DNA of 63,286 nt, counting the filler, from Craspedostauros australis (taxonomy: Eukaryota): the NCBI GenBank assembly GCA_030167865.1. It is 4 parts of 4 records of this genome, joined end to end, with 100 filler letters (N's around TTAATTAATTAA, not from the genome) between each part and the next. Parts side by side here need not be neighbours in the genome. Positions count along the whole stretch, not along the records: positions 1 to 25,120 come from JALAGF010004038.1; positions 25,221 to 55,250 come from JALAGF010004043.1; 2 more parts are not named here. One strand, given 5' to 3'. The position numbers and the translations under genes were made by a program. Below are positions 23,950 through 35,417 of the stretch, piece by piece. Under the pieces are notes generated by a model, which saw only the letters and a program-made list of their open reading frames with translations, ran no database searches and was not told the origin of the DNA. Every line of letters begins with the position of its first letter. Positions within the stretch are counted from its first letter, which is position 1.

Positions 23950-25114
23950 TCAAGCATTGTCCTTGAGGTAGGCCGCGAATTTGTCTTTGTACTCCGGATG
24001 CCAACGACTGAGCGGAGGGCGGTCCTCCGTGATGTCCCTCATGGTCCACGTCATACGGAGGTTGTCAGTCTTGCGATCGACGCTGTTGTCAGGACACATG
24101 ATGTAGAAGAGACCCTTGTCCATCTCTGCCACCATGAAGTCAACCACCTGCTTCGGCATCCAAGCTCCGTCGGCCGGCTTGTCCTCGTGGAAGAAGACTG
24201 CGTCCTGATCAAACGCTTCATCCTTCTCCGATGCTTTCGACCTCGCCGCCTTGAGCGCGATGGATGTGTTGACCCAGCCTGGAACGAGCAAGCATGATCG
24301 CAGCTTCGATCCTTCCTCGCTGCGCAGATCATGCTCCAATCCTTCCGTGTAACACTTCAACGCCGCCTTCGACATGTTGTACGAGAGATTTCCTGGCGGC
24401 ATGGTGATGCCTTGCTTGGATCCGGTGTTGACGATGATGCCAGGTTCGCCCGATGCCTTCATCTTGGGCACGAACGCCAGGCATCCATGGATCGGGCCGT
24501 ACGTGTTGACGCCCATAGTGAAGTGCACAGTCTTCATGTCCGTGAGCGGACCACCGCCTTGGCCAACCCCGGCGTTGTTCATGAGGAAGTGGCATTTTCC
24601 ACCATCCTCAAACACTTCGTCTGCCAACTTCGCAAGTGCTTCCTCCTTCGAGACATCCACCACCCTCGCTTCGATTCTCTGAAAGGCCATGCGTCAGAGA
24701 AAAATGGGGAGCAGAAGAAGAAGCAATGAATGCGTGCAGATTGGTTTGATCAGTGAAATCAGTCAGAGCAGTGAAAGCCATGGCGATAAGAAATCGTCAG
24801 AGCAATGTGAAGCAACAAAGAGAGTGAGGTGAGAGGGTGAGAGAGGAAGACAGGTCGATAGATGAAGGATGCGAACCACAGCGAAGGATCCAACCAAACT
24901 GCTTGCGGTCGCCACTCACTTGAGATTCGGAAGTGCACTTGCTCTTGACGAGATCTTTCGCAAGACCCAGCTCTTCTTCGTCAATGTCTGTCATCCACAC
25001 ATGCATGCCTCGGCTGGCAAAGTCAATGCATGCGGCTCGACCGATGCCAGATGAAGCACCGGTCACGACGGCCGTGCATCCTTCCTTGAGTACATCCGCG
25101 CTTGTCACCGTCAT
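23950..25114 (-). CDS. Short-chain dehydrogenase/reductase (classical SDR), ~307 aa, 2 exons
   Basis: Exons 25114-24920 and 24678-23950 (ESQ|RIEAR). Motifs TGASSGIG, NNAG, NTGS and YNMSK (YxxxK). The ATG lies 6 nt from the contig end, so a longer N-terminus cannot be excluded. Confidence 0.9.
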
Positions 25115-25120
25115 CTTGAT

Positions 25121-25220
25121 NNNNNNNNNNNNNNNNNNNNNNNNNNNNNNNNNNNNNNNNNNNNTTAATTAATTAANNNNNNNNNNNNNNNNNNNNNNNN
25201 NNNNNNNNNNNNNNNNNNNN
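25121..25220. other. Assembly gap with artificial TTAATTAATTAA six-frame-stop linker
   Basis: 100-nt block of Ns with a central ttaattaattaa; the same design occurs at 55251 and 60376. Confidence 0.97.
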
Positions 25221-26685
25221 GTTGAGTTGAGTTCATCATGTGTGTGCGTGTGGAGTAGTACGTTGGTTGGGCTGCGATGTTTCAGATCGAGCAACTTTTG
25301 CATTCATTCACGTGCGTGCTCACATTCAGGTGCCTTCTTCGTGTATCCACATCCATTCGAAGCAGTGCACCCGGTGTATGGACGAGTGTGCTGTGTGTGG
25401 TGATGGAGTGGCAAGCACATCTTTCCGAGCCGATCACATTCCAGACATGTCTGTTCGTGAAATCCATCCACGCATCATGAATCCAGGCTGTGTTGATCGC
25501 TGCAGCAAGATGTCAACATGTCTTGGTGGTAGGTGTCAGTACGTGATGGAGTAGGCTGTCGTTTCAAGGAAGCACGGGCGACATGGACATAGAAGATGTC
25601 GTTGAGATTCTGGTTGAGGTTTGGTCCGTGGTGCCGATGGTGGTGATGGAAGTGATGGGCGAGGCAATTTCGTTGGTGTCATCACGCAACTGCAGAGAGA
25701 AGGAAGGATCAAGAACAAAGACAACGACCAGAACGACCGCAAACATCAAGACACGTGTGAGCCGCTTTGTGAGCACAGAATTCCGCGAAGGAGACGAGAA
25801 GGAAGGGAAAGCGGGAAGGACAAGAAGAAGGACAAGAAGAAGCGCAGGAGAGGCATGGGCAGCCATGATAGAAAGGTGTTCAACAAGAGACAGGGCACCA
25901 TACGAAGGTGTAAGTCGTAGGCAACACCAACTAAGGGACAGACAGAAAGCAGGCGAGCAAAGGGGAGCGGCAGCGCTTGAAGAAGAACGAAGGCGGAGGT
26001 GGCCATGGTCGCATCACCCTCCGCACGTGGTCTCTGACTGATCCACGATCATGCCTCCTCGTGATCGTGAGTAACAAGCGGCGGACAAGGGGAGCAATGC
26101 TCGCAGGTTGGTTGCGCATGGCTGAAATGTTGATTCACACAGGGCATGGATGTTGCATACCCATGGCGTTGGCATGCGATGCGATCACAAATCTTTCCAG
26201 GCCAGCTCAGTTCGAATGAGCGAGTGCGATACCTGTTGGGATGAATAGTGTACCATACGACCTACTCCAGAGAACTATGATAATGAGAGAGGCATGTGTG
26301 GCAGCTTCTCTCGGGAGAGTAGATCGAACTTTCCATCCCGAAGCTGCATAGTTGTAGACGTGGAGATATCTTGGTTGTTCGCCTCTGTGTTTGCGTCGCC
26401 GCCAACAAGTCCCTTCGTTTCTCCATCCATCGTGCTCACTCTCCCCCCTCCTATGCATCCCTTCACACTGTAATGTGGATTGCACGATTGGTGCCTCCTT
26501 CTGGACTGTGCTCTGGCCACGGTCGTTGACGATCTGTCTGTGTTGGAGAGAGAGTTGTGACGATCGCTAATGGACACTGTGGACCGAGTCATGGCTGATA
26601 CCTACCAACAGAGGGACGCCTATTGGTGCTCTCTAATGTATGAAAATGCTCTCAACCTTCCCCTCTGGTGCTGCTTGTATTGCTA

Positions 26686-27012
26686 TCAGCCATGAGTTCC
26701 ATTCGCCCTGTACTCTTCAATAGTCTACATGCCGATGTTGCCTTCTCCTTCACGACCAGCGGCAGGGTAAGCGCAGAAGGATCATGTCCGGGTCTGCATC
26801 AGGTTCCAAACGTCCTTGGCGGACCGCTTTTCGTCGCCGATGTCGGTCTTGTGGCTATCTCCCTTGGTGCCAACGGGCCGACAGTACACCATTGGGCTTC
26901 GTGGGAACTGTCGCCCGTGTCACTGCCCAAGCATGTGCCAGAGATAGAACAAGAGGCCGTGGTTGAGACGCTGCATTTGCAGTTTAACCGCGACTGGCAA
27001 GCGCTGTTCCAT
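26686..27012 (-). pseudogene. Possible decayed coding fragment of unknown origin
   Basis: 109 codons from ATG 27012 read MEQRLPVAVKLQMQRLNHGLLFYLWHMLGQ*HGRQFPRSPMVYCRPVGTKGDSHKTDIGDEKRSAKDVWNLMQTRT*SFCAYPAAGREGEGNIGM*TIEEYRANGTHG*, with C/G-ending codons resembling neighbouring genes. No family recognised. Confidence 0.2.
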
Positions 27013-27320
27013 GGCACAGTGTAATGTTGATTTGGGCCAGTGCTGTCGAAATCTGGCAAGGAGATCCGAGCGTCAGTGCACCATTTGTAGTACTGGTTGG
27101 TTTGGGGTTTTGATTATGTTCATATTAAGTTTGACGATACATAGCACGAAGTAATCACTTGGAAAGAGATGGTAGAGCTCAGGCTATCGATCTTCCTTTC
27201 AGCATGCCGTATTCAATTTAATGCTCTGCTTCTCACGCTTCAAACTGATGCGAAAGGACACGGAAGATATAGCATGCTCAAATATGCACGCATGTACGCA
27301 CACGAATGGCAGTATTGCAT

Positions 27321-28388
27321 TTAACTGAAGGACGTTCGCCACACCTGCGGTGCGATCTTCTGCAAGGCCTCCGCAACCTTGTTCTGAATCTCTTCCGTTG
27401 GTGTCAAGGCCAACATCAATCCTCCGCGACCAGTCCCGCTCATCTTGGCACCGATGGCTCCTGCTGCCCGGGCGGCGTCGACCAAATCGTCGAGCTCCTT
27501 GCAGCTGACGGTAAGTTGCTGCAGCAGCGCATGATTCTTGTCCATGAGGGCGCCGAGATCTTGCATGTTGCCTTCCTCGACCGCCTTCTCACCCTTGTCG
27601 ACGATCTCGAGATACTGCTGCAGAAGTGCATCGAACCACTCCGGATCCGCGTCCTTCTTGGCGCGCACGTCGCCCACCACGGTGGTGGTGGATGCCGTGA
27701 TGCCCGTCGAGGCGTAGACGATGCGGATTGGCTCCTTGAGGGCCTTCTTGAGGAAGATCGGGTCCGTGTCGGTGCGCTGGAATCGCAGCAGACCGCCGAA
27801 GGTTGCGGCGGTGTTGTCAATGCCGGATGGCGTGCCGTGGTATCCCTTCTCACCTTCGTATCCGGCGGCGTTGACTTGTTCCTCGGTGAGGTTTGCCAAC
27901 GAGGGGATGGTCTGCTTGAAGGCGCGTGCCAGACTGACGACCTGCGCTGCGGAGGCGCCGATGCCGGAAGCGCAGCACAGGGTGCCGCCGAAGCACATGT
28001 TGCAGGTGTTGGTGTCGGTCGCCTTCATGTGGTCCTTAATCTGCGAGTCGAAGTGCTTGAGGACGAGCTTCAGGGCCTCCTCGGCCTCCTCCCGCTTCTT
28101 GGGCTTGTAGTTGGGGACGGCTGGACGGCTGTCGGAGACGGCGAGCGGCGAAGATTGGTCCGCATCGGCCTCCGACTTGGTGAACTCCACCTTGCAGTCC
28201 GTGTAGGAGGCCACGGCGCCGACGAGGGCGGGGACCTTGTACACGACGAAGTGCTCTCCGAAGAGGATGAGCTTGCCGAAGGCGCGGGTGTCGGCCAAGG
28301 TCGTGTCCTTCGCGTCCGAACCTTCGCCGTCGTAAGCAACTTCATTCATTTCATGGTTGCTGATCTTCCAGGAGGTTGCGCTCGTCAT
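27321..28388 (-). CDS. MVK: Mevalonate kinase (GHMP kinase), 355 aa, intronless
   Basis: ATG at 28388. Motifs GKLILFGEHFVVY, SGIGASAA, YHGTPSGIDN and GAKMSGTGRGG. Confidence 0.93.
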   Translation of the reverse strand: MTSATSWKISNHEMNEVAYDGEGSDAKDTTLADTRAFGKLILFGEHFVVYKVPALVGAVASYTDCKVEFTKSEADADQSSPLAVSDSRPAVPNYKPKKREEAEEALKLVLKHFDSQIKDHMKATDTNTCNMCFGGTLCCASGIGASAAQVVSLARAFKQTIPSLANLTEEQVNAAGYEGEKGYHGTPSGIDNTAATFGGLLRFQRTDTDPIFLKKALKEPIRIVYASTGITASTTTVVGDVRAKKDADPEWFDALLQQYLEIVDKGEKAVEEGNMQDLGALMDKNHALLQQLTVSCKELDDLVDAARAAGAIGAKMSGTGRGGLMLALTPTEEIQNKVAEALQKIAPQVWRTSFS

Positions 28389-28423
28389 CGTGCTTGTTCC
28401 GGTCTCGTTCGTTCTGTAGTGTT

Positions 28424-28458
28424 GCTGAGTGCTGAGTGCTGAGTGCTGAGTGCTGAGT
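28424..28458. repeat. Heptamer tandem repeat (GCTGAGT)x5 just upstream of MVK
   Basis: Five perfect copies plus a variant GCTGTGT, ending ~35 nt upstream of the MVK ATG. Confidence 0.95.
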
Positions 28459-29700
28459 GCTGTGTGCTTGTTGTTTACAATTATGGTATGCTCGCTGATG
28501 CTGAAGCTGCTGGAGCGTTCCGAGTTGTGTCTGTGTGAATGGATCTGCATCCAATGTCGATCTTGTTCATGCTGGCCTTGGTCATGTTGGAGCTCATCTG
28601 TTCGCCTTGACGACAGTTGCAGATTCGTGCGTGGTTTTGTGTGTGTCGTCATTGTTTGGAAACCGTGCGAAGTTCGCATTGTCGCCATTTCGCAACCACG
28701 TATGGGTCGATGATTCCATTGAGTCAAACATCGGTGCTGATGCACGACTTGACACGGAATGGCGTGACTTCGTGTGATCCGTTGAAGCAAAAGCCAGCCG
28801 CTCTTCGAATTTGCGAACGGTTGGCGTGCATGACTTTGATTTCGCGGAAATGACTCGAAAGATTTCTGCGCAAATCCCGTTTCGGGTGTTGGTGTTGGTT
28901 GTGGTGGTTGGAGAGGTCGCCGAAAAGAGGGTTTGATGTCCCTCTCTTGTGGGTGTGGGATAGGGTGGAGGGTGGCTGGTTGGTCAACTCGTCAGCTCTG
29001 TTGGATGCATGACAATCCACACAACCGAACAACGAACAACGAACAAAGAACAGCCGTCTCTGTGTCCGTCTCTCTTCGAGAGCATTGAAGAATAATCATA
29101 GACGACAGGTGGCAACTTCCGAATCAAGTTGCTCAAGTTGCTCTTGCATACGACTGATCGGTCTGAACCTGCCATTCACAGTTGGAGATCCGAGCTATCC
29201 TACGACTCCATCCGGTTGCAATCGCATTGGCGTTTGGGCATCTCAGGAGATCAATCGGAGTCGGCGACTTGCATCGTCTCGTGCTGCGATCGAAGGCATC
29301 CAGGGCGTCGGCGGAAGAGGATTGGGGCTCTGCCTTGTGTGACGGTTCCTCCCAATCTTGAGAAAGAACGGAAAGCGCCCGTTGCGTCATAATCAACGTT
29401 GGCGCTACTCCAAACACAGCAGCAACGATCGCATCGCGGCACAAAGAGGGCATCCCAAGAAGGGCAGGCACGCAGCCCGGTATCGTCCACATTCCTTGTC
29501 TCCAGTGTTGGTGCCTATCATATCATATCATACTCGTAGCGGAACGTAACGCAACGTAGCGTAACGTTGTGCACAAACGACAGCGTGCATCCCTATCGCG
29601 GTCTGCTGCAGCGGGGGCTGGCGTCAGACACCATCAACAACCAACGGCGCCATCGCAAAAACATACCATTGCCATTGCCATTGACATACTATAAGAAACG

Positions 29701-32700
29701 ATGACTTCTATCGAGGCTATGGGCGACGACGATGACTCCATGAATGCCTTCTTTGACGAGCTCGACCAGCAGCCTGAAGCTGTCGATCCTGCGGATGCCG
29801 ACCTCGATGACTTGCTCATACAGGGAGATGCCAGCGAAGCCGCCAATGGAGATGCGAAGGACCAACTTCCGAAGGATGCTGCCAAAGTCGACGATCGCAA
29901 GGACGACAATGCCGTTGGCAAGAAGCCGATCGTTGTGGAGACCACGCCGGCGCCCAGCGTCACCATCGCCACAACCGTGTCCAAAGATGACGGCAACGTC
30001 AACAAGGAAATCCCAGCATTCAAGCCGAAAGCCTCCGCTCCGAAGAAATCAAATGGCTACTCGTCGAAGACACCGTCGCGCTCTCGTTCGGCACCTCGTC
30101 CGACAAGCCACAGGACGCCCAACACGGCTTCGAGAGCCGCAGCTTCGACCACGCGTTCGGCTTCGTTGCAGAGGAGGAGGAACAAGAAGAGCAACGCCCA
30201 CGTATCTCCGCGGTACCTCACGTCTGCCGAAGAGTACGTTGTCAGTGCCAGGGCCAGGACCCCTTCCAGCACCCGACGCGTCAAACCAATTACCGTCAAT
30301 CTGTCGGCCCCCATTCCGTCCACCAACGGCACGCACATTTGGGAACGCGCGCAGATATTCCAGAATCAGAAGCAGCAAAAGATCACGCAGCTGGAATCCG
30401 CCATGATGGAGGAGTACACCTTCACACCCAAGAACGTGTCGACGCCGAAAACTCCAGCAGCGCGCAAATCACCAGCTGTCTCCACCTCCAACGGCGTGTC
30501 CGTCTTTGATCGACTCTACTCATCCGAAACGGCCGCCGCCCGTGCAAGGACAGCCGCCTTGTCGGCAAGCAAGCAGGCTGCCAAAACACCGACAACGCCA
30601 AAGGAACCGATACGCCCCACGGATCCGGCGGAGCATGCCGAGAAGCATCCGCGCGTCTACAAATTGTTCACGGAGGGGCAATCGCAGCTGCGAGCCAAGA
30701 AGACGACCATGAAGGTGAGCACAGATTGGGTCGGGTTCATTGTATTATATTTTGTACCGTTGCTGTCATCCCGCCAGTTTTGTCGATGGGCATCATGCTT
30801 TTCTTCGTTCGCTCGTTCCATTCCACGAATCGCATTTCCTTCCTCGACGTTTCTCACGCCATTCAACATGCATCGTTCATTTTCATGCACCCCCGATTGT
30901 GCAACCGCTCGCTAAATAAACAACTTGCAACTTCGAACTTTTCAGGAGGAGGATGACGCGAGACAAAGGAAGAATGAGGCCCAGGACTTGGCCGTCTGCA
31001 CGTTCAAGCCAAACACCAAGTGGGACATCGCTGGTGATCGATTGAAAGTTGCGAAAGAACGCCGGCGGCGTGGCGACGACAGGATACCGTCACCGCCGAG
31101 AATCGTCCCGATGGCAGAACGAGAACGTATGGAACGTGATCGTCGCCGTGAGATGGCCGACCTGCCAAACTGCACATTCGCACCAAAGACCAAGTGGGAT
31201 CTCATGGGTGAGAAACGAGGGCCCAAGTCCGTGGACCCGTTCGATGAACTCTCCGACGACGAAGACGACAAGAAGCGCGCAACGCGACGCAACTCCACAG
31301 GAAAGACCGGCAAATGGGACAAGTCCTTCTTCGACGACAACACCAGCTCGGCGATCAAGCGGCGGATGCCCACAGAGATTCAGACAGGTGATTCCACGCC
31401 ACGCAAGTTGCGGGATGGCGTCAGCCCGTTGCCGACTCCAGAAGTTAAGGGAGGCCCAGGTGGTAGCCATTCGATGAACTCACACCTATCTGTGCCAGAT
31501 GCCAAGCATTCATCCAGCGACGGCCTCGCAGTCCCCGAACTCAAGAAGACGGGCCGCGAAGTCAACCTCGTTGCCGACACCTCCAAGGAGACCAAGGGAT
31601 TGAACGACTCCAAGCCCAAGGTGGTGCGATCGCACTTTGTCGGTGACATCTCTCCACCGTCACCAGTGTGGAAGCAGAAGTACAAGAAGATCGTCAAGTC
31701 ACACACGGAGCAGATTGTCACTGCGCAAGGACGTGGTGATGCTGAGAATGTGCAGGTGCGTGGAGCAAGTCGGATCGATGCTGGTGGATACCACACGCCT
31801 CACTCGCCAAGACGTCGTGACGGAGGACTGCCAACTTCGATGAACATGGTCACCCCCAATCGTGTCGCTCAGACGCCCAATGCCGCGAAACAGCATCCGA
31901 GCAACAAAAAGCCGTCAAGCGACCCGGATCATCCCAAGGCGCCACCACTTTCACCATCCGATGAGAATGGCCAGTCGACACCCGTCACAAAGCCGGAAGC
32001 GGACAATGTCGGCGGATTCAAGGTTGCAAAGAAGGCCGCTTCGCCAGCTAAACCAGGCAAGGCAAAGGACGTTGGCGGGTTCAAGGTTGCAAAGAAGGAA
32101 GCCACGACTCCCACAACGCAGGCTGAATCTGCGAGCGTTGGTGGATTCAAGATCGCCAAGAAGGTCCAATCTCCGCCATCGGAGGACGTTGGCGGATTCA
32201 AGATCGCCAAGAAGGCTGTTTCAGAATCGTCAACTGAAGAGAAATCGGAAGCAGCACCGGCTCCTGCGGCGGAACCCGAGCAGAAGAAGTCTGGTTCACG
32301 CAGCAAGAAGGACAAGAAGAAGACATGGGCAGATCGGTTGCTTGGCCTAGGTGGAAAGAAGCAATCCCAAGGATCGGGAGATGAATCAACTCAAGCAGAT
32401 GCGGTATCCGTCGACGATGTCCAACTGACCGAAGACAAGGCCTCTGCCGAAGCAGCAGCAGTGGCGGCAGCGGCGGCGGAAGAAGCTCGCATCGCGCAAG
32501 AGAAGGCAGAAGCGGCCCGTGTGGAAGAGGAGAAGGCAGCCGAAGAAGCGCGCGTAAAGGCAGACATGGAGGCCAAGGCGGCAGCCGAAGCAGAAGCCGC
32601 ACGTGTCGCGGAGGAGAAGGCTGCAGAAGAGGCGCAACTATTGGCCGAAGCGGAGGCTGAGGCAACACGCGTTGCGGAAGAAAAGGCGGCTGAGGCAGCC

Positions 32701-34338
32701 AAGGCGGAAGCAGAAGCAGCTCGAATCGCAGAGGAAGAACGCATGGCGGAAGCAAAGGCAGCAGAAGAGGCGAAGGCAGCGGCCGAAGCGAAGGCGGCCC
32801 GCCTTGCTGAGGAAGAGGCAGCAGCGGCAGCCAAATTGGAGGCAGAAGCTGAAGCAGCTCGAATCGCCGAGGAAGAGCGAATCGCTGCAGAGAAGGCCGA
32901 AGCAGAGGCGGCCCGTGCTGCAGAAGAAAAGGCTGCGGAAGAAGCCAAGCTCCAAGCCGAAGCCGAGAAAGCAGCAGAGGAAGCTCGCATTGCTGAGGAA
33001 GAGCGCATTGCGGCAGAAGCAAAGCTAAAGGCGGAAGCTGAAGCGGAGTCGGCTCGAATTGCCGAGGAGCAGGCAGCAGCTGCAGAGGCATCGAGACTGC
33101 AAGCTGAGGCCGACGCCAAGGCAGCAGCTGAAGCAGAGGCAGAGGCAGCTCGCATTGCCGAGGAGAAGCGTGTCGCTGAAGAGAAGGCAGCAGAGGAAGC
33201 GAAGGTGCAGGCAGAGGCAGAGGCAGCCCGTATTGCCGAGGAGCAACGCCTTGCTGCAGAGAAAGCAGAAGAAGTGGCCAAGGCTAAGGCAGCGGAGGAA
33301 GCAGAAGCAGCTCGTATCGCAGAAGCAACGGCGGCAGCAGAAGCCAAGGCCGAGGACGAAGAAGTAGCTGTTGCTATCGCTGCTGTTGAGCAGGCGAAGC
33401 TTGCGGAGGAGAAGGCCGCGGCAGAAGCCGCAAAAGCACAAATCGGAGAGGCTGAAGAAGATGCGCAGCCAGAAAGCCAAAACGGCAATCAAGAGGCAGA
33501 GGCAGAGCCAACAGACGATGCAGCAGAAGGCTCAAATCGTCTCGATCAGACGAAGGATGCCATGACTGGCAGGGCGAGGAAATGGTTCAACCGCATCGCG
33601 CGCAGGGGACGAAGCCAAGACAGTTCGGGATCCTTGGAGGAGTCGAAGTCGGACGGCGGTAGCGAAGCCGGAGTCGAGAAGCCAACGGACGAGGCTGCAG
33701 ATGAAGAGGAAGGCAAGCGCAAGGCAGAAGAAGCCGAAGCGGAAAAAGAGGAAGCCGCAAAGAAGCAGGCAGCCGAACAAGAAAGACTCGAGGCCGAGCA
33801 GAAGCAGCGAGAAGAGGAGGCAGCAGCCGCGGCCGAGCTCAAGGCTGCGGAGGAAGAGAAGCTTGAAGCTGAAAGGAAGCAACGAAAAGAGGAGGAAGCC
33901 AAGAAGTTGGCTGCCGAGCAGGAGGGACTCGATGCTGAACAGAAGAAGCTTGAGGAGGAAGAAGCTGAGCAGATTCGGCTGATGGAAGAGGAGGAAGAGC
34001 GACTTGCTGCTGAAGAGGAAGCGGTTCTCAAGGCAGAAGAGGAGGAGAAGGCGCAGGCAGAGGCCGAGCGCGCCGAAGCAGCAGCCGCCGCCGCAGCGTT
34101 GCTCGCGAAGATGGCGAATCCTCGTTCCACGTCGCCCAAACCAAGGCGCGAGCAGACGGAGGCTCCCAAGACCCCACCAGAATCCGCGCCAGAACAGAAG
34201 AAGTCCTCGAAGAAGAAAAAGAAGAAAGGCAAGAACTCCGATCGAGCAAAGAGGTGGAAGGAACGCCTCGCGAAGAAGTCAAAGTCCAACGAGAGCATCG
34301 ACGAGATGGCTGAGTCAATCGCCAAAGCCGAAGAGTAA
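29701..34338 (+). CDS. Large low-complexity protein with (C/Y)TF(K/T/A)P motifs, VGGFK(V/I)AKK repeats and a long Glu/Ala/Lys-rich helical region (~1468 aa, 2 exons)
   Basis: Exons 29701-30714 and 30946-34338 (TTMK|EEDDAR, GTGAGC...TTCAG). Long uninterrupted ORF with many EAEAARIAEE repeats; no catalytic domain recognised. Confidence 0.8.
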
Positions 34339-34511
34339 CTGCTCCCGGAGCAGGTCCTTTCAGGTCCACGAAAGTAGAGATCGTTGTAGAAGAAGGTAAA
34401 CATGTGCAGCCTGATGTGAATCGATGTGATTCGAAGAAGACGAATAATACTCATTTGTTATTGTTTTATCAGAGTTTCGGAAATGGACATGTATGCTCTA
34501 CGAATAGAGCA

Positions 34512-34928
34512 TCATGCAATAGTTCTCTCCTTTTGTGTTCCTGTCTTGCCGGCTTGATCCTCTGCCATGGCTCCGACGAATTTGAATCTGGGCAATACTT
34601 CGTCGTTGACAGTCACAGTCTCCGTGAACATCTCCAACGGCCGTACCCAATGGGAGTAGTCACCATAGAGGCAACGGTACACCACGAGCTTCTCGCTGGT
34701 CTCGCTATGGGTGGCAACGAAAAAGACTTCGTACTCGTTGCCCTTGTAGTGCTTGTATCGACCCGGGAGCACGGAAGCTTCTGCTATTGCAGAATTCACG
34801 ATCGCGTCATTGGACGTCATGGTTCTTCTCGTTGTTGTCGCTGCTGCTGCAGTTGTGTTGTGAGGGAACAGCAGCCTGGAATGCCGCAATGATCGACGAT
34901 GCTGTCTCGCGAGTTGACTGAGGAGCAT
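34512..34928 (-). CDS. DUF1653 domain protein with Arg-rich N-terminal presequence (138 aa)
   Basis: PGRYKHYKGNEYEV...ATHSET..LVVYRCLYG...WVRPLEMF...PRF is the DUF1653 signature. An alternative start exists at MTSND. Confidence 0.85.
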   Translation of the reverse strand: MLLSQLARQHRRSLRHSRLLFPHNTTAAAATTTRRTMTSNDAIVNSAIAEASVLPGRYKHYKGNEYEVFFVATHSETSEKLVVYRCLYGDYSHWVRPLEMFTETVTVNDEVLPRFKFVGAMAEDQAGKTGTQKERTIA

Positions 34929-35417
34929 GGGGAGTAAAGGAATCTGTGGCTATCGTCAGGGGGTAGGCAGAGCTGCGGGCTGTTACTTGCGCCAGTGCAC
35001 GAACAGGTTTCGAAACGTAGTTGTACGGATCTTCGTTGACTGTCCCACAAATGTGTATTGTGGTGATGGCGTCCCTGGTTGTGCTGTGTGGCAGCCGCTG
35101 ATTCTCGGCCTTTGGATCTTTTGGCGCCAACCAGCAGTTCTCATTCCATGTGGCTGAGGCCTTCCGTCATCATCGGAACTAGTCTCCACATTGGTGATAG
35201 AGGCATCTGTAGTTGTACTAGGTCGTACTCCTCTCTAGAGTATGACGAAATCATCTATTATATCATCGTGGGGCGCACACTCATGCACGCTTCAATAAAG
35301 TTGAAGCGGTCTCGAGAGAGACTTGTCATCTCACAAGGCATCTGCAATTCTCCATGATATTCAAAATGCTACTGATACGAGTACGCACGTACTAGTGTTG
35401 TACATTGGTCAATCGCA

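Noticed and set aside
25165..25176. TTAATTAATTAA repeated three times in the window
   Set aside because: Always centred in 100-nt N blocks; an artificial contig linker, not a biological repeat.
25564..26041. Overlapping 100-152 aa ORFs, one hydrophobic
   Set aside because: Products of purine/pyrimidine-skewed low-complexity sequence; no motif or splice-consistent model.
32440..33440. TolA-like similarity of the AEE repeats
   Set aside because: Compositional only; no TolA N-terminal anchor or C-terminal domain, and the gene is spliced.
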